Notes under the pieces: generated by a model
Database searches by the model: none
Told to the model about the DNA's origin: nothing
Seen by the model: the letters and a program-made list of their open reading frames with translations, nothing else
Program-made: the position numbers and the translations under genes
Origin: Thainema sp.
GTDB lineage: Bacteria; Cyanobacteriota; Cyanobacteriia; Phormidesmidales; Phormidesmidaceae
NCBI GenBank assembly: GCA_052168235.1
Contig: JBQLZK010000009.1
Span: 85,638 to 149,637, forward strand
Length of the DNA: 64,000 nucleotides
Direction: 5' to 3'
Part shown: in pieces, positions 29,535 through 40,990 of the stretch
Layout: every line of letters begins with the position of its first letter
Position numbering within the stretch: position 1 is the stretch's first letter

Positions 29535-29900
29535 TTACTGTTCAGCTTTACCTAGCAGCGCTTGTTCAAGTTCCCGTGCGCTGTGCCGATCGCCTAGCTC
29601 TAGAAAATCAAAGACATATTCATCCCGAACCGCTAGGTTAGCTTGATTTCGCAGTGACTCTGGCAGCGTCTCGGCAAAGTTAGTCTGGTTCAATAGCGTC
29701 TTTTCATAGGACTGGTTCTCGATCTGATGAATCAAAACGCTCTTTGTCCATCCATATTTGCGAGTCATGCGGATGTAGAACTCTCGCTCCAGATCATCCT
29801 TACACTTCTCGATAATGACCAGGTTATGGCTTCAACCAATTTCTCGCACGAGTGGTGCGAGTTTTTCAGAACGCTCATAGGTTTCATAGAAGAGTTTCAT
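29535..29900 (-). pseudogene. Fragment of a second YhcG/DUF1016 gene
   Basis: FYIRMTRKYGWTKSVLIHQIE...VRDEYVFDFL...RELEQAL; truncated on both sides. Confidence 0.75.
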
Positions 29901-30122
29901 CCGCATCTCGATTCATTGCTCCACCTCGCTCCATCTTAAATATCGGTATCGGCTGCTTCGGTAGCTTCTTATCAGATAGTTTGCCGAGTTCTGCGAGCGG
30001 CTTGAGCTAAACGACAGACGCATCAACTGCGATCGCATCTGCATCCGCTAGGGAGAGATGAAGAAGATGGGGTATTTGAGGTGCGATCGCAGATCTATTC
30101 GATAACTCGGTCGGCTCAAACA

Positions 30123-31232
30123 TTAAATCGATTCTCCTGCTACTACGACTGGCTCTACAAATGGAAGACTGAGCTGCTGATATTCAATCGGCTGAGTACT
30201 GGTCAGATTAGAAATGGTAATCCCTAATAGCCGCACCTTAGCTCCGGGCTGCACATTCTCTTGCAGCAACGCTTTCGCCGTTTGATAGATCCGGGTTGCG
30301 TCCCGAAATGGAGTCGGTTGGGTACAGCTGCGTGTCATCTGCTGATAATCGGCAGACTTCACCTTCAGCGTTAGCGTATAGCCATAGCGCTGATGCCTCA
30401 TTAACCGCTGCTCAACCTGATGCGCAATCTCATCCAGTTCCTGGCACATCTGCTCTATCTCACTCAAGTCTTCATAGAACGACTGCTCGGCTCCCACCGA
30501 CTTACGGATGCGATTGGGATTGACGGGTCGATGATCTTGCCCGCGTGCCACCTGATAATAGAATCGACCCACTTTGCCAAAGTGACGCACCAGAGACTCT
30601 TCCGGCCACTGCTTTAGATCGGCTCCCGTGTGAATACCCAACGCCTGCATCTTTTGCGCCGTCACCTGACCAATGCCATAGAACTGGCGGATGGGAAGTG
30701 CTTCCACAAAGGATGCCGATTGTTCAGGTGGAATGAGGGATAGCCCATCCGGTTTATCTAAATCTGAAGCAATCTTGGCCAAGAACTTGTTAATCGATAC
30801 TCCTGCTGATGCCGTGAGTCGAGTTTCGCGCAGAATATCCCGCTTAATCTGACGTGCGATCGCCATTGCCGACGCGCAGTCAATTTTATTCTGCGTCACA
30901 TCCAAGTAGGCTTCGTCTAGAGATAACGGCTCAATCAGATCGGTATAGCGATGAAAGACGGCCCGGATTTGCTGAGAGACTTGGCGATACACCTCAAAGC
31001 GAGGTTTGACAAAGATGAGATGGGGACAGCGCTGCACGGCAATTCGAGACGGCAAAGCGGAATGAATGCCGTAGCGACGTGCTTCATAGCTGGCGGCGGC
31101 TACGGCTCCCCGTTGCTCGGGTCGTCCACCCACCACAATCGGGCGATCTCGATAGGCCGGATGGTCGCGCTGCTCAATGGAGGTGTAGAACGCGTCCATA
31201 TCGACATGAATGATTTTGCGAATCGGTTCCAT
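30123..31232 (-). CDS. dinB: DNA polymerase IV (Y-family)
   Basis: IIHVDMDAFY, ASYEARRYG, SLDEAYLD and AKIASDLDKPDG motifs. Confidence 0.96.
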   Translation of the reverse strand: MEPIRKIIHVDMDAFYTSIEQRDHPAYRDRPIVVGGRPEQRGAVAAASYEARRYGIHSALPSRIAVQRCPHLIFVKPRFEVYRQVSQQIRAVFHRYTDLIEPLSLDEAYLDVTQNKIDCASAMAIARQIKRDILRETRLTASAGVSINKFLAKIASDLDKPDGLSLIPPEQSASFVEALPIRQFYGIGQVTAQKMQALGIHTGADLKQWPEESLVRHFGKVGRFYYQVARGQDHRPVNPNRIRKSVGAEQSFYEDLSEIEQMCQELDEIAHQVEQRLMRHQRYGYTLTLKVKSADYQQMTRSCTQPTPFRDATRIYQTAKALLQENVQPGAKVRLLGITISNLTSTQPIEYQQLSLPFVEPVVVAGESI

Positions 31233-31514
31233 TGCCCGATCTCAAAACAGTGTGGAGAGCCCTAGCATTTTGTTGTGCTAGAGCTCCACTATTTTAGTTG
31301 ATGCATACTGCATTTATCTACATAGTTGCCTGCTTAGCCCAGCTGATCAGCAGCTTTAGGCTCTGTTGCAATGAATAAGATCCGTCTCCAGACGCGTCGT
31401 TGACTCAAGTGGGCCGACTGCATGTGACGATAGAACGCTATTTGAACAGTTTCAAGCAGAAGTGGACTTTCAGCAAGTAAGGAGGAAAGTCTTACTGCTG
31501 TCATTTCTCTGGTT

Positions 31515-31552
31515 CAATAAGGTGAGAGTACAGTAATGCTCTCACCTTATTG
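31515..31552. terminator. Hairpin downstream of the giant surface-protein gene
   Basis: CAATAAGGTGAGAG / CTCTCACCTTATTG perfect 14-bp stem. Confidence 0.6.
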
Positions 31553-31607
31553 GATCTCATGGTTTAAGAGTCAGTTGGCCAAGCTTATCGGCGGATAGCT
31601 GTTGGCC

Positions 31608-34600
31608 TCAAACAACTACATCCCAAGCTAAATCAAATACAGTTGGTGAAATAGACCCTGTATTGGTGACACTGCCATTATCAATAGACCAAGTTGTAAT
31701 CTGTCCGCCAAACAGTATGCTGTGGTTACGCCACAGCAAATCATCCGTGTAGCCATCGCCATCAAAATCGCTGACACCTTCAATTCGCCAGTTCGCTCCC
31801 ATTGTTGGTAGTGTAGTCACCGTATTTTCGACGATCAAACCATCTGTCTCCCAAATCGTGTTTTGACCTGTTTGGCGGTTGCGCCAAACAATATCATCAA
31901 TGTTGCCATTCGCTTCAAAGTCTCCAACACCTTGGGCTTGCCAGTCAGTGTCAACTGTCCCAAAATCAAGATTTCCAGTTTTAGTCGCACCATCCATTGT
32001 CCAGACAATCGTGCTACCGTTACCCTGATGTTGCCAAAGGATGTCATCCACATAGCCAGAATGGTCAAAATCGCCGATACCCTGAATTGTCCAATCGGTA
32101 TTTGTAACGGTATCAAGCGTGGCATTACCAACCTTATTGAGACCATCCATGAACCAGATAACATTTTGGCCATTAACAGTATTACGCCAGAGGATATCGT
32201 CTCGATTACCATCTTTGTCGTAGTCACCAACACCTGCAGTAATCCAACTGGAACTTGAAACAGTGTCGCTCGTAGAACCACTACTCAGTCTATTCTGTCC
32301 ATCTGTGAACCAAATGCTGGTTAATCCACGACTGGCATTGCGCCAGACTAAGTCGGGCAGGTCATCCCCATTAAAATCGGTTTTGCTATCATCAGTTCCG
32401 TTGACTGTAATAACGATATCCTGAGCAGTTCCGTCATCTGTTGTCACAGTAAACGTCTCCGTGACAGCATTACCGTCAATCAAAACATTAGTATCCTCAT
32501 CAGCATTATTTAGCGTATAAAGCCAATTACCTTGAGCGTCGATGCTGAAGCTGCCATACATACCAACAGTATGAGTTTGAGCTGTAAAACCAACTGTGGA
32601 ATCTATATCGCTCGCACTGAGGCTACCTGTAACACTACTAGTTGATGCATCTTCAGTCACACTCCCTACTGCGTCACCTGTAATGACAGCCGGATCATTA
32701 ATATTCTCGATTGTTAGCTCAAAGGTATCAGAAGACGTTGCATCGGCCTGATCAGTGGCTGTAACGGTGATTGATAGGACACCAACATTCTCATTGAGAG
32801 GAGTACCACTGAAGTTGTTGCCATCAAAGCTTAGCCAAGACGGCAACGGTGTGCCGTCAGCGAGAGTTGCAACCAAAGTTAAAGGGTCGTTTACGTCAAT
32901 ATCGCTAAAGGTATCTGACGGAATCGTATAACTGAATATCTCATCTTCGATTGCCGTTTGATTACTTAGCTCATTCGCAACAGTCGGTGCATCATTGACA
33001 GGAGTAACCGAGAAACTGCGAAAAACACCTGTGATGTCGCCACCATTACTATCAGTTACGGTGTAAGTCAGAGTAACAGTCCCGTTGAAGTTTGCATTTG
33101 GTGAAAAGGTATAGGTGCCATCACCGTTATCAATAACGCTACCCTCATCAGAGGTTAGCCCAATGACCAATAGGACATCACCATCTGGATCGCTGAAACC
33201 TTCAAGCAGGGTGCTGAGCTGAATGATGAGATCGTTATCCTCTAATGTGTTAGACACTGTACCTGATGCCGTGCCTGTTGGAGAATCGTTAGTGTTTGCA
33301 ATAGTCAAGTTAAAGGTATCAGAAGTGGTTGCTCCTGACTGATCCGTCGCGATAACCGTAATCGATAAGACACCAACATCCGCGTTAAGAGGAGTACCAC
33401 TGAAACTGCTGCCGTCAAAGCTCAGCCAGGAGGGTAGCGGTGTACCGTCGGCTAGAGTAGCGCTGAACGTTAGCGAGTCACCCGCATCAACATCACTGAA
33501 TGCATTAACTGGAATGGTGTAGCTAAATACTTCATCCTCTATCGCTGTTTGATGACTGAATTCATTCGCAACAGCGGGCGCATCATTGACAGACGTAACC
33601 GAGAAAGTATGAGTAACTCCTGTGATGTCACCACCATTGTTATCAGTGACGGTATAGGTCAGAGTCACTCTGCCGTTATAGTCAGCATCAGGGGAGAACG
33701 TATAGGTGCCGTCATTGTTGTCCATCAGGGTGCCGACATCAGCGGTCAATCCACTCACGGATAAAGTGTCGCCATCTGCATCAGTAAAGCCCTCAAGTAG
33801 AGTGCTAAGTTGAATGATGAGATCGTTATCTTCTGCGGTATCGGGGACTATACTAGTCGCTACACCAGTTGGTGCGTCATTGACGTTTTCTACAACTAAA
33901 TCAAAAGTATTTGAAATCGTGTCACCTGATTGATCAATAGCTGTAATCGTAATTGAGAGGACACCAACATCCGCGTTAAGAGGTATACCAGTGAAGCTGT
34001 TACCGTCAAAACTCAGCCAAGTCGGTAGTGGTGCGCCGTCAGCGAGAGTTGCATCCAAAGTTAAAGAATCGTTTGAGTCAATATCGCTAAAGGTATCTGA
34101 CGGAATTGTGTAACTGAAAACTTCATCTTCGGTTGCGGTTTGATCACTTAGCTCATTCGCAACAGTCGGTGCATCATTGACAGAGGTTACCGAGAAACTA
34201 CGAGAAACACCTGTGATGTCGCCACCATTACTGTCAGTTACGGTATAAGTCAGCGTGACACTGCCGTTGAAGTCAGCATCTGGTGAGAAGGTAAAGGTGC
34301 CATCATTGTTATCGACCATCGTACCTGCATCAGATGTCAATCCACTAACTGATAGCGCATCACTTTCTGGATCACTGAAACCTTCAAGCAAGGTGCTGAG
34401 CTGAATGATGAGGTCAGTGTCTTCTGTGGTATCAGGCACGATACCTGTTGCTGTACCAGTTGGGGCATCATTGATGTTCTCAATAACCAAATCAAAGGTA
34501 TTAGAAGTGATTGCCCCTAATTGATCAGTGGCGATAACCGTGATTGATAGGACACCCACATCCTCGTTGAAAGGAGTACCCGTGAAGCGGCTGCCGTCAA

Positions 34601-37600
34601 AGCTTAGCCAAGTTGGGAGGGCTGAGCCATCAGCCAAAGTGGCTGTGAACGTGAGCGAGTCACCCACATCAGTATCACTGAATGCATTAGCTGGAATGGT
34701 GTAGCTAAATGCTTCATCTTCGATTGCCGTTTGATTACTTAGCTCATGCGCGACAGTCGGTGCATCGTTAGTGTTCTCGACCACTAAACTGAAAGTGTTA
34801 GAGGTTGCGGCACCCGATTGGTCAGTTGCAGTGACAGTGATTAACAGAGTTCCCACATCCTCATTGAGAGGCGTACCGCTGAAGCTATTGCCATTGAAAT
34901 TCAGCCAACTTGGGAGGGCTGAGCCATCAGCTAAAGTAGCGCTGTAGGTTATTAAGTCTCCTGCATCAACATCGCTGAATGCATCGTCTGGAATGGTGTA
35001 ACTGAATGCTCCATCTTCGGTTGCGGTTTGATCACTTAGCTCATTCGCAACATCTGGTGCATCGTTGGCAGGAGTAACCAAGAAACTGCGGGTCACGCCT
35101 GTGATGTCGCCACCATTGTTATCGGTGACGGTATAAGTCAGAGTAACGTTGCCATTGAAGTTTTCATCTGGTGAGAGGGTATAGGTGCCATCACCATTGT
35201 CGATCAGAGTACCCTCGTTGGAGGTTAGTCCAGTGACGGATAGAGCATCGCTGTCTGGATCGCTAAAGCCTTCAAGTAGGGTGCTGAGTTGGATGATAAG
35301 GTCAGTATCTTCTGCCGTGTTGGATACAATACCTGTTGCTGTTCCTGTTGGAGCACTATTATTGCTTGCGATCTCAATACTGTCGCTGGTAACTGTTTCC
35401 GCCGTACCACCTTGGTCAACATAGCTTATCTGCACCCGAATAAGCTGATTGGCCTGATCGTTGCTAGGAGTAAATGTGCTGTCAGTTGCTCCCGCAATAT
35501 CATTCCAGGTGAAACCATCAAACTGCTGCCACTGATAAGTATAGGTGCTGCTATCAGGTAAGCCGTCAGCATCTACTAGGTTAGATATGTCTGCTGTGAG
35601 TAAGCTGTCTTCTTCAGGAATACCATTAATTGCGATAGGTATATCGATCCCTAGATTGATTACATGAAGCCCAGTGTTGTAATCCACAACATAAGCGTAG
35701 TTACCAATTACACTTATACCCGTCGCATCTCCAGAGGTATTGTAACTGCTAACCAAGACGGGATTGCTTGGATCGCTGATATCTACAACTTGTAGACCAC
35801 TGTCAGCAGCAGCGACATAGGCGTAGTTACCAACGATATTTATATCGTGCGCATAGAACGTAGTATAGTACTCGCTCACAGTGGTGAGATTATAAGGGTC
35901 GCTAATATCAATGACTTGCAGACCGCTATCAGCAGAAGCGATATAAGCATAACCCCCAACAATTTCTAGTTCTTCTAGCCTGCTAGCAGAAATATCGTAT
36001 GTGCTGACGAGAAAAGGGTTATAGGGGTCACTAATATCAATGATTTGCAGACTACTATTAAAGTCATCTTCAACAGCAACATAAGCATAGTTGCCTATGA
36101 CATTGATATCGCGAATTCCGCCTGAAACATCATAAGTACTAAGACGAGACGGCTTATATGGATAGGAATCTTGGTCACTAATGTCTACAATTTGCAGACC
36201 GCCATTAAATCCATTATCACCGATATAAGCATAGTTGCCTATGACTTCTACTGCTGAAACATCGCTTGTATTGCCGTAGTTATCATAACTACCGATAAGA
36301 GTAGGGTTATTGGGGTTACTGATATCAACGACTTGCAGGCCATCATAGCGAGTAGCAATATAGGCATAGTCCCCAACAATGGTTATATCTTCCGCATAGT
36401 TCCCTATGGAGTTGTCACTGACCAAAATAGGAGTATTGGGATCGCTAATATAAATGGCCTGTAAACCTTGATAATCGTTGGATATGACATAGGCATAGTT
36501 CCCTGATACGCTTATGTCCCATGCAGATAACAGCGCATCGTAGGTGCTAGCAAGAGTCGGATTTTCAGGAAGCGCTTCACCCACTGGTGCATCATTAACT
36601 GGGGTAACGGCAAATTCACGGATCACTCCTGTAATGTCACCACCATTATTGTCAGTGACGGTATAGGTCAGAGTGGCACTGCCGTTGTAATTAGCATTAG
36701 GTGAAAAGATATAAGTCCCATCACCGTTGTCAACAATTGAGCCTGTATCCGTAATAAGATCAACCACATACAAACTATCTCCCTCAGCATCACTAAAACC
36801 TTCCGTTAGAGTGCTGAGCTGAATGATGAGGTCAGTGTCTTCCGCCGCATCGGGTATTGTCCCCGTTGCAGAACCTGAAGGCGGTGTATTGTTTACATCG
36901 GTAATCCTGACCTGATCACTAGCAACCGTTTCAGTTGTGTCACCCTGATCGGTGTAGCTCATTTGGACTCGGATATCTTTGTTGATCTGATCATCACCAG
37001 GAGTAAACGTGCTGTCAGTTGCTCCTACAATGTCGTTCCATGTGAAACCATCAAACTGCTGCCATTGGTAGGTATAGGTACCGCTATCAGGCAAGCCATC
37101 CGCGTCTACTAGATTGAAACTATCCGCAGTGAGCAGATTGTCTGTTTTAGGAACGCCACTAATCGAGATAGGATCAATGCTGATGCCCAAATCTATAATC
37201 TGAAGACCTTCAGTCTCGTCTGTAAGATAAGCGTAGTTACCTACTACACTGATACCTGTTACATTTCCAGAGGCATTGAAACTACCAATCAAGACGAGAT
37301 TATTTGGATCGCTGATGTCTAAAATTTGCAGACCGCTATCAGTGTCATTGACTGCAATATAGGCATAGTTGCCAACTATGTTTATGTCCCGTGCAAAACC
37401 AGATGTATTGTATTCACTTGCAAATATCGGATTGTATGGGTCGCTAATATTAATAACTTGCAGACCACCGTAAGAAGCAGCGACATAAGCATAATCTCCG
37501 GCAATTTTTAAATCTTCCGGTCTGCCAGAAATATCGTATGTGCTGACAAGAAAAGGATTATAGGGATCACTAATATCAATAATTTGCAGACTACTATTAA

Positions 37601-40154
37601 AGTCATCTTCAACAGCAACATAAACATATTTGTCTATGACATTAATATCGCGAATCCAGCCAGAAATGCTATAAGTGCTAAGAGGGTATTCGTAGTTGAT
37701 TTCTACAATTTGCAGCCCATCATTAAACCCACCACCGATATAAGCATAGTCTCCTACAACTTCAACTGCTGAGACACTGCTTATATTGCCGTAATCATCA
37801 TAGCTACTAACGAAAATAGGGTCGCCAGGGTTGCTGATATCAATAATTTGTAGACCGTCATAGCGAGTAGCGATATAGACATAATCACCAACTATGCTGA
37901 TGTCTTCGGCATAGTTTCCTATGTAATTGTCACTAACCAGGATAGGACTATTCGGATCGCTAATATCGATGACCTGCAAACCTTGAGCATCACTAAATAT
38001 TACATAGGCATAGTTCCCTAATACCCTCAAGTCCTCCGCATGAACTAGCGTATCGTAGGTGATAACGAGAGTCGGGCTACTAGGAGCTTTTTTACCTACC
38101 GGTGTATCATTGGCTGGAGTGACAAAGAAACTGCGGGTTACACCTCTAATCTCACCGCCATTACCATCGGTCACAGTGTATGTTAAGGTGGCGCTGCCGT
38201 TGTGGTCTGCATTAGGCGAGAAAGTATAGGTACCGTCTCTGTTATCAATAATTGTTCCTGCATCGGCAGTAAGACCACTGATAAAAAGATTATCTCCATC
38301 CGCATCGCTGAAGCCTTCGATGAGATCTTGATAATCGATGATCAGATCCGTATCTTCTACAGTATCCGGTACTGTTCCTGTAGCTGTCCCGAATGGGGCA
38401 TCATTGATATTGGTGATTATTACTCCCGCACTAGTAACTGTTTCAGTCGTACCACCCTGATCGGTGTAGCTCATCTGGACTCGTATTTCTTGCCCAACTT
38501 GGTCATCACCAGGAGTAAATGTGTTGTCAGTTGCTCCCGTAATATCGTTCCAAGTAAAGCCATCGAACTGCTGCCATTTATAGGTGTAAGTGCTGCTATC
38601 GGGTAGTCCATCTGCATCTGCCAGATTAGAAGTGTCTGCAGTAAGTAAATTATCTTCTTGAGGAGTCCCGCTAATGGCAATTGGGTTGCTACCTAGTTCT
38701 ATGATCTGAAGACCGTCAAAACCCTTTGCAATGTAGGCATAGTTGCCGACCACGCTCACCCCATATGCACCTGATGAACCTGAGTTAATAGTACCCGTAG
38801 AAACAGGATTACTTGGATCGCTGATATCAATAATTTGTAAGCTTCTGAAGCCATCTGCAACATAAGCATAGTTGCCAATGATTTTGACATCAAGAGCAAA
38901 CCCCAGAGTGTTGTAAGTTCCAATTAGAGCAAGGCTGTTTGGGTTGCTGATGTCGATAATCTGCAGACCGTCAGCACCATCTGCAACATAGGCATAGTTG
39001 TCGAATATAGTGACACTAGACGCGTAACCAGGTGTATCTTGTGCACTGAGCAAAACAGGACTATTAGGGTCACTAACGTCAATAATTTGTAGACCGTTGT
39101 AGCCGCTCACAATATAAGCATAGTTACCAACAATACTCACACCTTCAACTCGACTCGATATATCGCAGTTGCCAACAAGAGTAGGACTATTAGGGTCGCT
39201 AATATCAATAATTTGTAGACCGCTATTACCATCAGCAACATAGGCATAGTTGCCAACAATACTTACGTCATACATATGGTGTGAGCTACTATAGCTGCCT
39301 ATAGAAATAGGACTAGCAGGGTTGCTAACATCAATAATTTGTAGACCATTCGTAGCATCTGTAACGTACGCATAGTTACCGACAACACTGATGCCATTAG
39401 CATAGCCTGAAGTATTGTAGTTCCCTATTAGGATAGGATTTTCTGGGTTGCTGATATCAATGATCTGTAGGCCACTAGAACCATCAGCAGTATAGGCATA
39501 ATTGCCGATAACTACCACGTCTCGGGACTCGCCCGAAGTATTATAAGTGCTGGTCAAAGTAGGATTATTCGGAGCACCTTGATCGGCTGGAGGAGTGTTG
39601 AACATTCCTTGATAACTGCTGAGTACAGATGTGGTCCAAGGTGAAACCGAAATGCGGCCAGATGTTCGCCCTAGAAGCAAATTAAGTTGCCATGTTCCGC
39701 CATGTCTTAAGCTTCCTACAGCTTGGGAAGAGGCATATATGTTTGCCTGAGTTATGCAATACAGTTGGCCTAAAAACTCTTCACCAGCGTCACCAGCAGC
39801 AACATTACAGCCATATAGAAAAAGTGAAGATTGAGGAACACACCAGGTTTTGAGTTGTTGAGAATAGGTTTTTAGGGTATCAAGACTAAGCTGACTGTTA
39901 CCAAGGTAAAGACAGCCAGGTGAGCCATGAGAGACGAGATGGAGAGAAAAGCAATTTATGAGTTGGAGTTTTAGACTTTGCAAAATTTCAGTGATTTGAA
40001 TAATGCCGTCTCGCCCTGGGTCAAGAACGAAAATATCGAATTCAGGAGACGCGTTAGCAATCAGAAATTGGTGGTCGTTGACATGTGTGTCAATAATCAA
40101 AATTTGGCGAGATAGACTGTGACTGTCAAAAGACTGAAGGGATGGTTGTAGCAT
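31608..40154 (-). CDS. Giant repetitive surface/adhesin protein (DUF4347, LVIVD repeats, cadherin-like/Ig repeats, VCBS, FG-GAP-like C-terminus)
   Basis: LVSHGSPGCLYLG and YGCNVAAG (DUF4347); many YAYVADG..GLQIIDIS repeats; VNDAP/LPSWLSFDG repeats; DFNGD..PDLVWRN tail. Start placed at MLQPS (the ORF track starts at 40253). Confidence 0.88.
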   Translation of the reverse strand: MLQPSLQSFDSHSLSRQILIIDTHVNDHQFLIANASPEFDIFVLDPGRDGIIQITEILQSLKLQLINCFSLHLVSHGSPGCLYLGNSQLSLDTLKTYSQQLKTWCVPQSSLFLYGCNVAAGDAGEEFLGQLYCITQANIYASSQAVGSLRHGGTWQLNLLLGRTSGRISVSPWTTSVLSSYQGMFNTPPADQGAPNNPTLTSTYNTSGESRDVVVIGNYAYTADGSSGLQIIDISNPENPILIGNYNTSGYANGISVVGNYAYVTDATNGLQIIDVSNPASPISIGSYSSSHHMYDVSIVGNYAYVADGNSGLQIIDISDPNSPTLVGNCDISSRVEGVSIVGNYAYIVSGYNGLQIIDVSDPNSPVLLSAQDTPGYASSVTIFDNYAYVADGADGLQIIDISNPNSLALIGTYNTLGFALDVKIIGNYAYVADGFRSLQIIDISDPSNPVSTGTINSGSSGAYGVSVVGNYAYIAKGFDGLQIIELGSNPIAISGTPQEDNLLTADTSNLADADGLPDSSTYTYKWQQFDGFTWNDITGATDNTFTPGDDQVGQEIRVQMSYTDQGGTTETVTSAGVIITNINDAPFGTATGTVPDTVEDTDLIIDYQDLIEGFSDADGDNLFISGLTADAGTIIDNRDGTYTFSPNADHNGSATLTYTVTDGNGGEIRGVTRSFFVTPANDTPVGKKAPSSPTLVITYDTLVHAEDLRVLGNYAYVIFSDAQGLQVIDISDPNSPILVSDNYIGNYAEDISIVGDYVYIATRYDGLQIIDISNPGDPIFVSSYDDYGNISSVSAVEVVGDYAYIGGGFNDGLQIVEINYEYPLSTYSISGWIRDINVIDKYVYVAVEDDFNSSLQIIDISDPYNPFLVSTYDISGRPEDLKIAGDYAYVAASYGGLQVINISDPYNPIFASEYNTSGFARDINIVGNYAYIAVNDTDSGLQILDISDPNNLVLIGSFNASGNVTGISVVGNYAYLTDETEGLQIIDLGISIDPISISGVPKTDNLLTADSFNLVDADGLPDSGTYTYQWQQFDGFTWNDIVGATDSTFTPGDDQINKDIRVQMSYTDQGDTTETVASDQVRITDVNNTPPSGSATGTIPDAAEDTDLIIQLSTLTEGFSDAEGDSLYVVDLITDTGSIVDNGDGTYIFSPNANYNGSATLTYTVTDNNGGDITGVIREFAVTPVNDAPVGEALPENPTLASTYDALLSAWDISVSGNYAYVISNDYQGLQAIYISDPNTPILVSDNSIGNYAEDITIVGDYAYIATRYDGLQVVDISNPNNPTLIGSYDNYGNTSDVSAVEVIGNYAYIGDNGFNGGLQIVDISDQDSYPYKPSRLSTYDVSGGIRDINVIGNYAYVAVEDDFNSSLQIIDISDPYNPFLVSTYDISASRLEELEIVGGYAYIASADSGLQVIDISDPYNLTTVSEYYTTFYAHDINIVGNYAYVAAADSGLQVVDISDPSNPVLVSSYNTSGDATGISVIGNYAYVVDYNTGLHVINLGIDIPIAINGIPEEDSLLTADISNLVDADGLPDSSTYTYQWQQFDGFTWNDIAGATDSTFTPSNDQANQLIRVQISYVDQGGTAETVTSDSIEIASNNSAPTGTATGIVSNTAEDTDLIIQLSTLLEGFSDPDSDALSVTGLTSNEGTLIDNGDGTYTLSPDENFNGNVTLTYTVTDNNGGDITGVTRSFLVTPANDAPDVANELSDQTATEDGAFSYTIPDDAFSDVDAGDLITYSATLADGSALPSWLNFNGNSFSGTPLNEDVGTLLITVTATDQSGAATSNTFSLVVENTNDAPTVAHELSNQTAIEDEAFSYTIPANAFSDTDVGDSLTFTATLADGSALPTWLSFDGSRFTGTPFNEDVGVLSITVIATDQLGAITSNTFDLVIENINDAPTGTATGIVPDTTEDTDLIIQLSTLLEGFSDPESDALSVSGLTSDAGTMVDNNDGTFTFSPDADFNGSVTLTYTVTDSNGGDITGVSRSFSVTSVNDAPTVANELSDQTATEDEVFSYTIPSDTFSDIDSNDSLTLDATLADGAPLPTWLSFDGNSFTGIPLNADVGVLSITITAIDQSGDTISNTFDLVVENVNDAPTGVATSIVPDTAEDNDLIIQLSTLLEGFTDADGDTLSVSGLTADVGTLMDNNDGTYTFSPDADYNGRVTLTYTVTDNNGGDITGVTHTFSVTSVNDAPAVANEFSHQTAIEDEVFSYTIPVNAFSDVDAGDSLTFSATLADGTPLPSWLSFDGSSFSGTPLNADVGVLSITVIATDQSGATTSDTFNLTIANTNDSPTGTASGTVSNTLEDNDLIIQLSTLLEGFSDPDGDVLLVIGLTSDEGSVIDNGDGTYTFSPNANFNGTVTLTYTVTDSNGGDITGVFRSFSVTPVNDAPTVANELSNQTAIEDEIFSYTIPSDTFSDIDVNDPLTLVATLADGTPLPSWLSFDGNNFSGTPLNENVGVLSITVTATDQADATSSDTFELTIENINDPAVITGDAVGSVTEDASTSSVTGSLSASDIDSTVGFTAQTHTVGMYGSFSIDAQGNWLYTLNNADEDTNVLIDGNAVTETFTVTTDDGTAQDIVITVNGTDDSKTDFNGDDLPDLVWRNASRGLTSIWFTDGQNRLSSGSTSDTVSSSSWITAGVGDYDKDGNRDDILWRNTVNGQNVIWFMDGLNKVGNATLDTVTNTDWTIQGIGDFDHSGYVDDILWQHQGNGSTIVWTMDGATKTGNLDFGTVDTDWQAQGVGDFEANGNIDDIVWRNRQTGQNTIWETDGLIVENTVTTLPTMGANWRIEGVSDFDGDGYTDDLLWRNHSILFGGQITTWSIDNGSVTNTGSISPTVFDLAWDVVV

Positions 40155-40990
40155 GTAAATCTGACCTTTAGAAACTGTGTTGAGTGAGAGAAGCGCTTTT
40201 ATCAATAGATGTGCAGTTTGATGCCGTTTTATGATATAGGTCGCAAATAGCACATCTATCGAAAGCGCTTTTCGAAACGTTATACAGTTCTAAACTTCCC
40301 GTAACCAAGCAAAGAATTGATAGTCAATAGTAAATTTATTATCTGTTTTTTATGCCTATTCAATATGGTTCTTTATTGAATAAGCATGATTTATTAAGTA
40401 GATTTACGCATATAACAATACTTTCAATATAGAAAATTTTAACTGGCTCTTTTTTTAAGCTGTTATTTTTAGTTCTCATCGTTATTCAATAGCTCTGTTT
40501 TTGGTTAAGCTAATGTTTTAGCTTAAGCTAATGTTTTAGCTTTTTTAGACATTTTAATTTTGTAATATGAATTGTGATTATAGGTAATTTTAGAATGTGC
40601 GATCGCACTCCCATCTGCTCTTCTAAAGTTGCCCAATTTTCACACCTATAATACATGTTATGCCGAGTGTTTGGGGTGAGAGGGGTGAGTCTTAAGATGA
40701 GTTTTGTGTTGGTTAACTTGAGTCTTATTTTAAGAAGCTACTGATAAGCCTGAAGAAAACGTCATAGCTCATTGCTAATCAGGATGAAGGGTGCCCAGTA
40801 ATAGGGATGGTGGCCCAAAATCTCAGCTTCGCTATTTAAGGGTCTTATAGCAGAAGAGTTAAACTCAGCCTTTGGGGGACAAAGCAATGGGAGTTTGCTA
40901 AATTTTCGCCTTCTTTGCATTTCCTTCCTGTTTGGTGGGCATTCTGATTGAAAGAATATTGATAAAGAATATTGATAAGGTATACGGGAG

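Noticed and set aside
31263..31280. LexA box upstream of dinB
   Set aside because: TAGCA-N8-TGCTA is a dyad but does not fit the cyanobacterial LexA consensus in sequence or spacing.
40505..40978. Short tandem duplications (18 bp x2 at about 40505; 13 bp x2 at about 40952)
   Set aside because: Only two copies each in AT-rich DNA; consistent with replication slippage.
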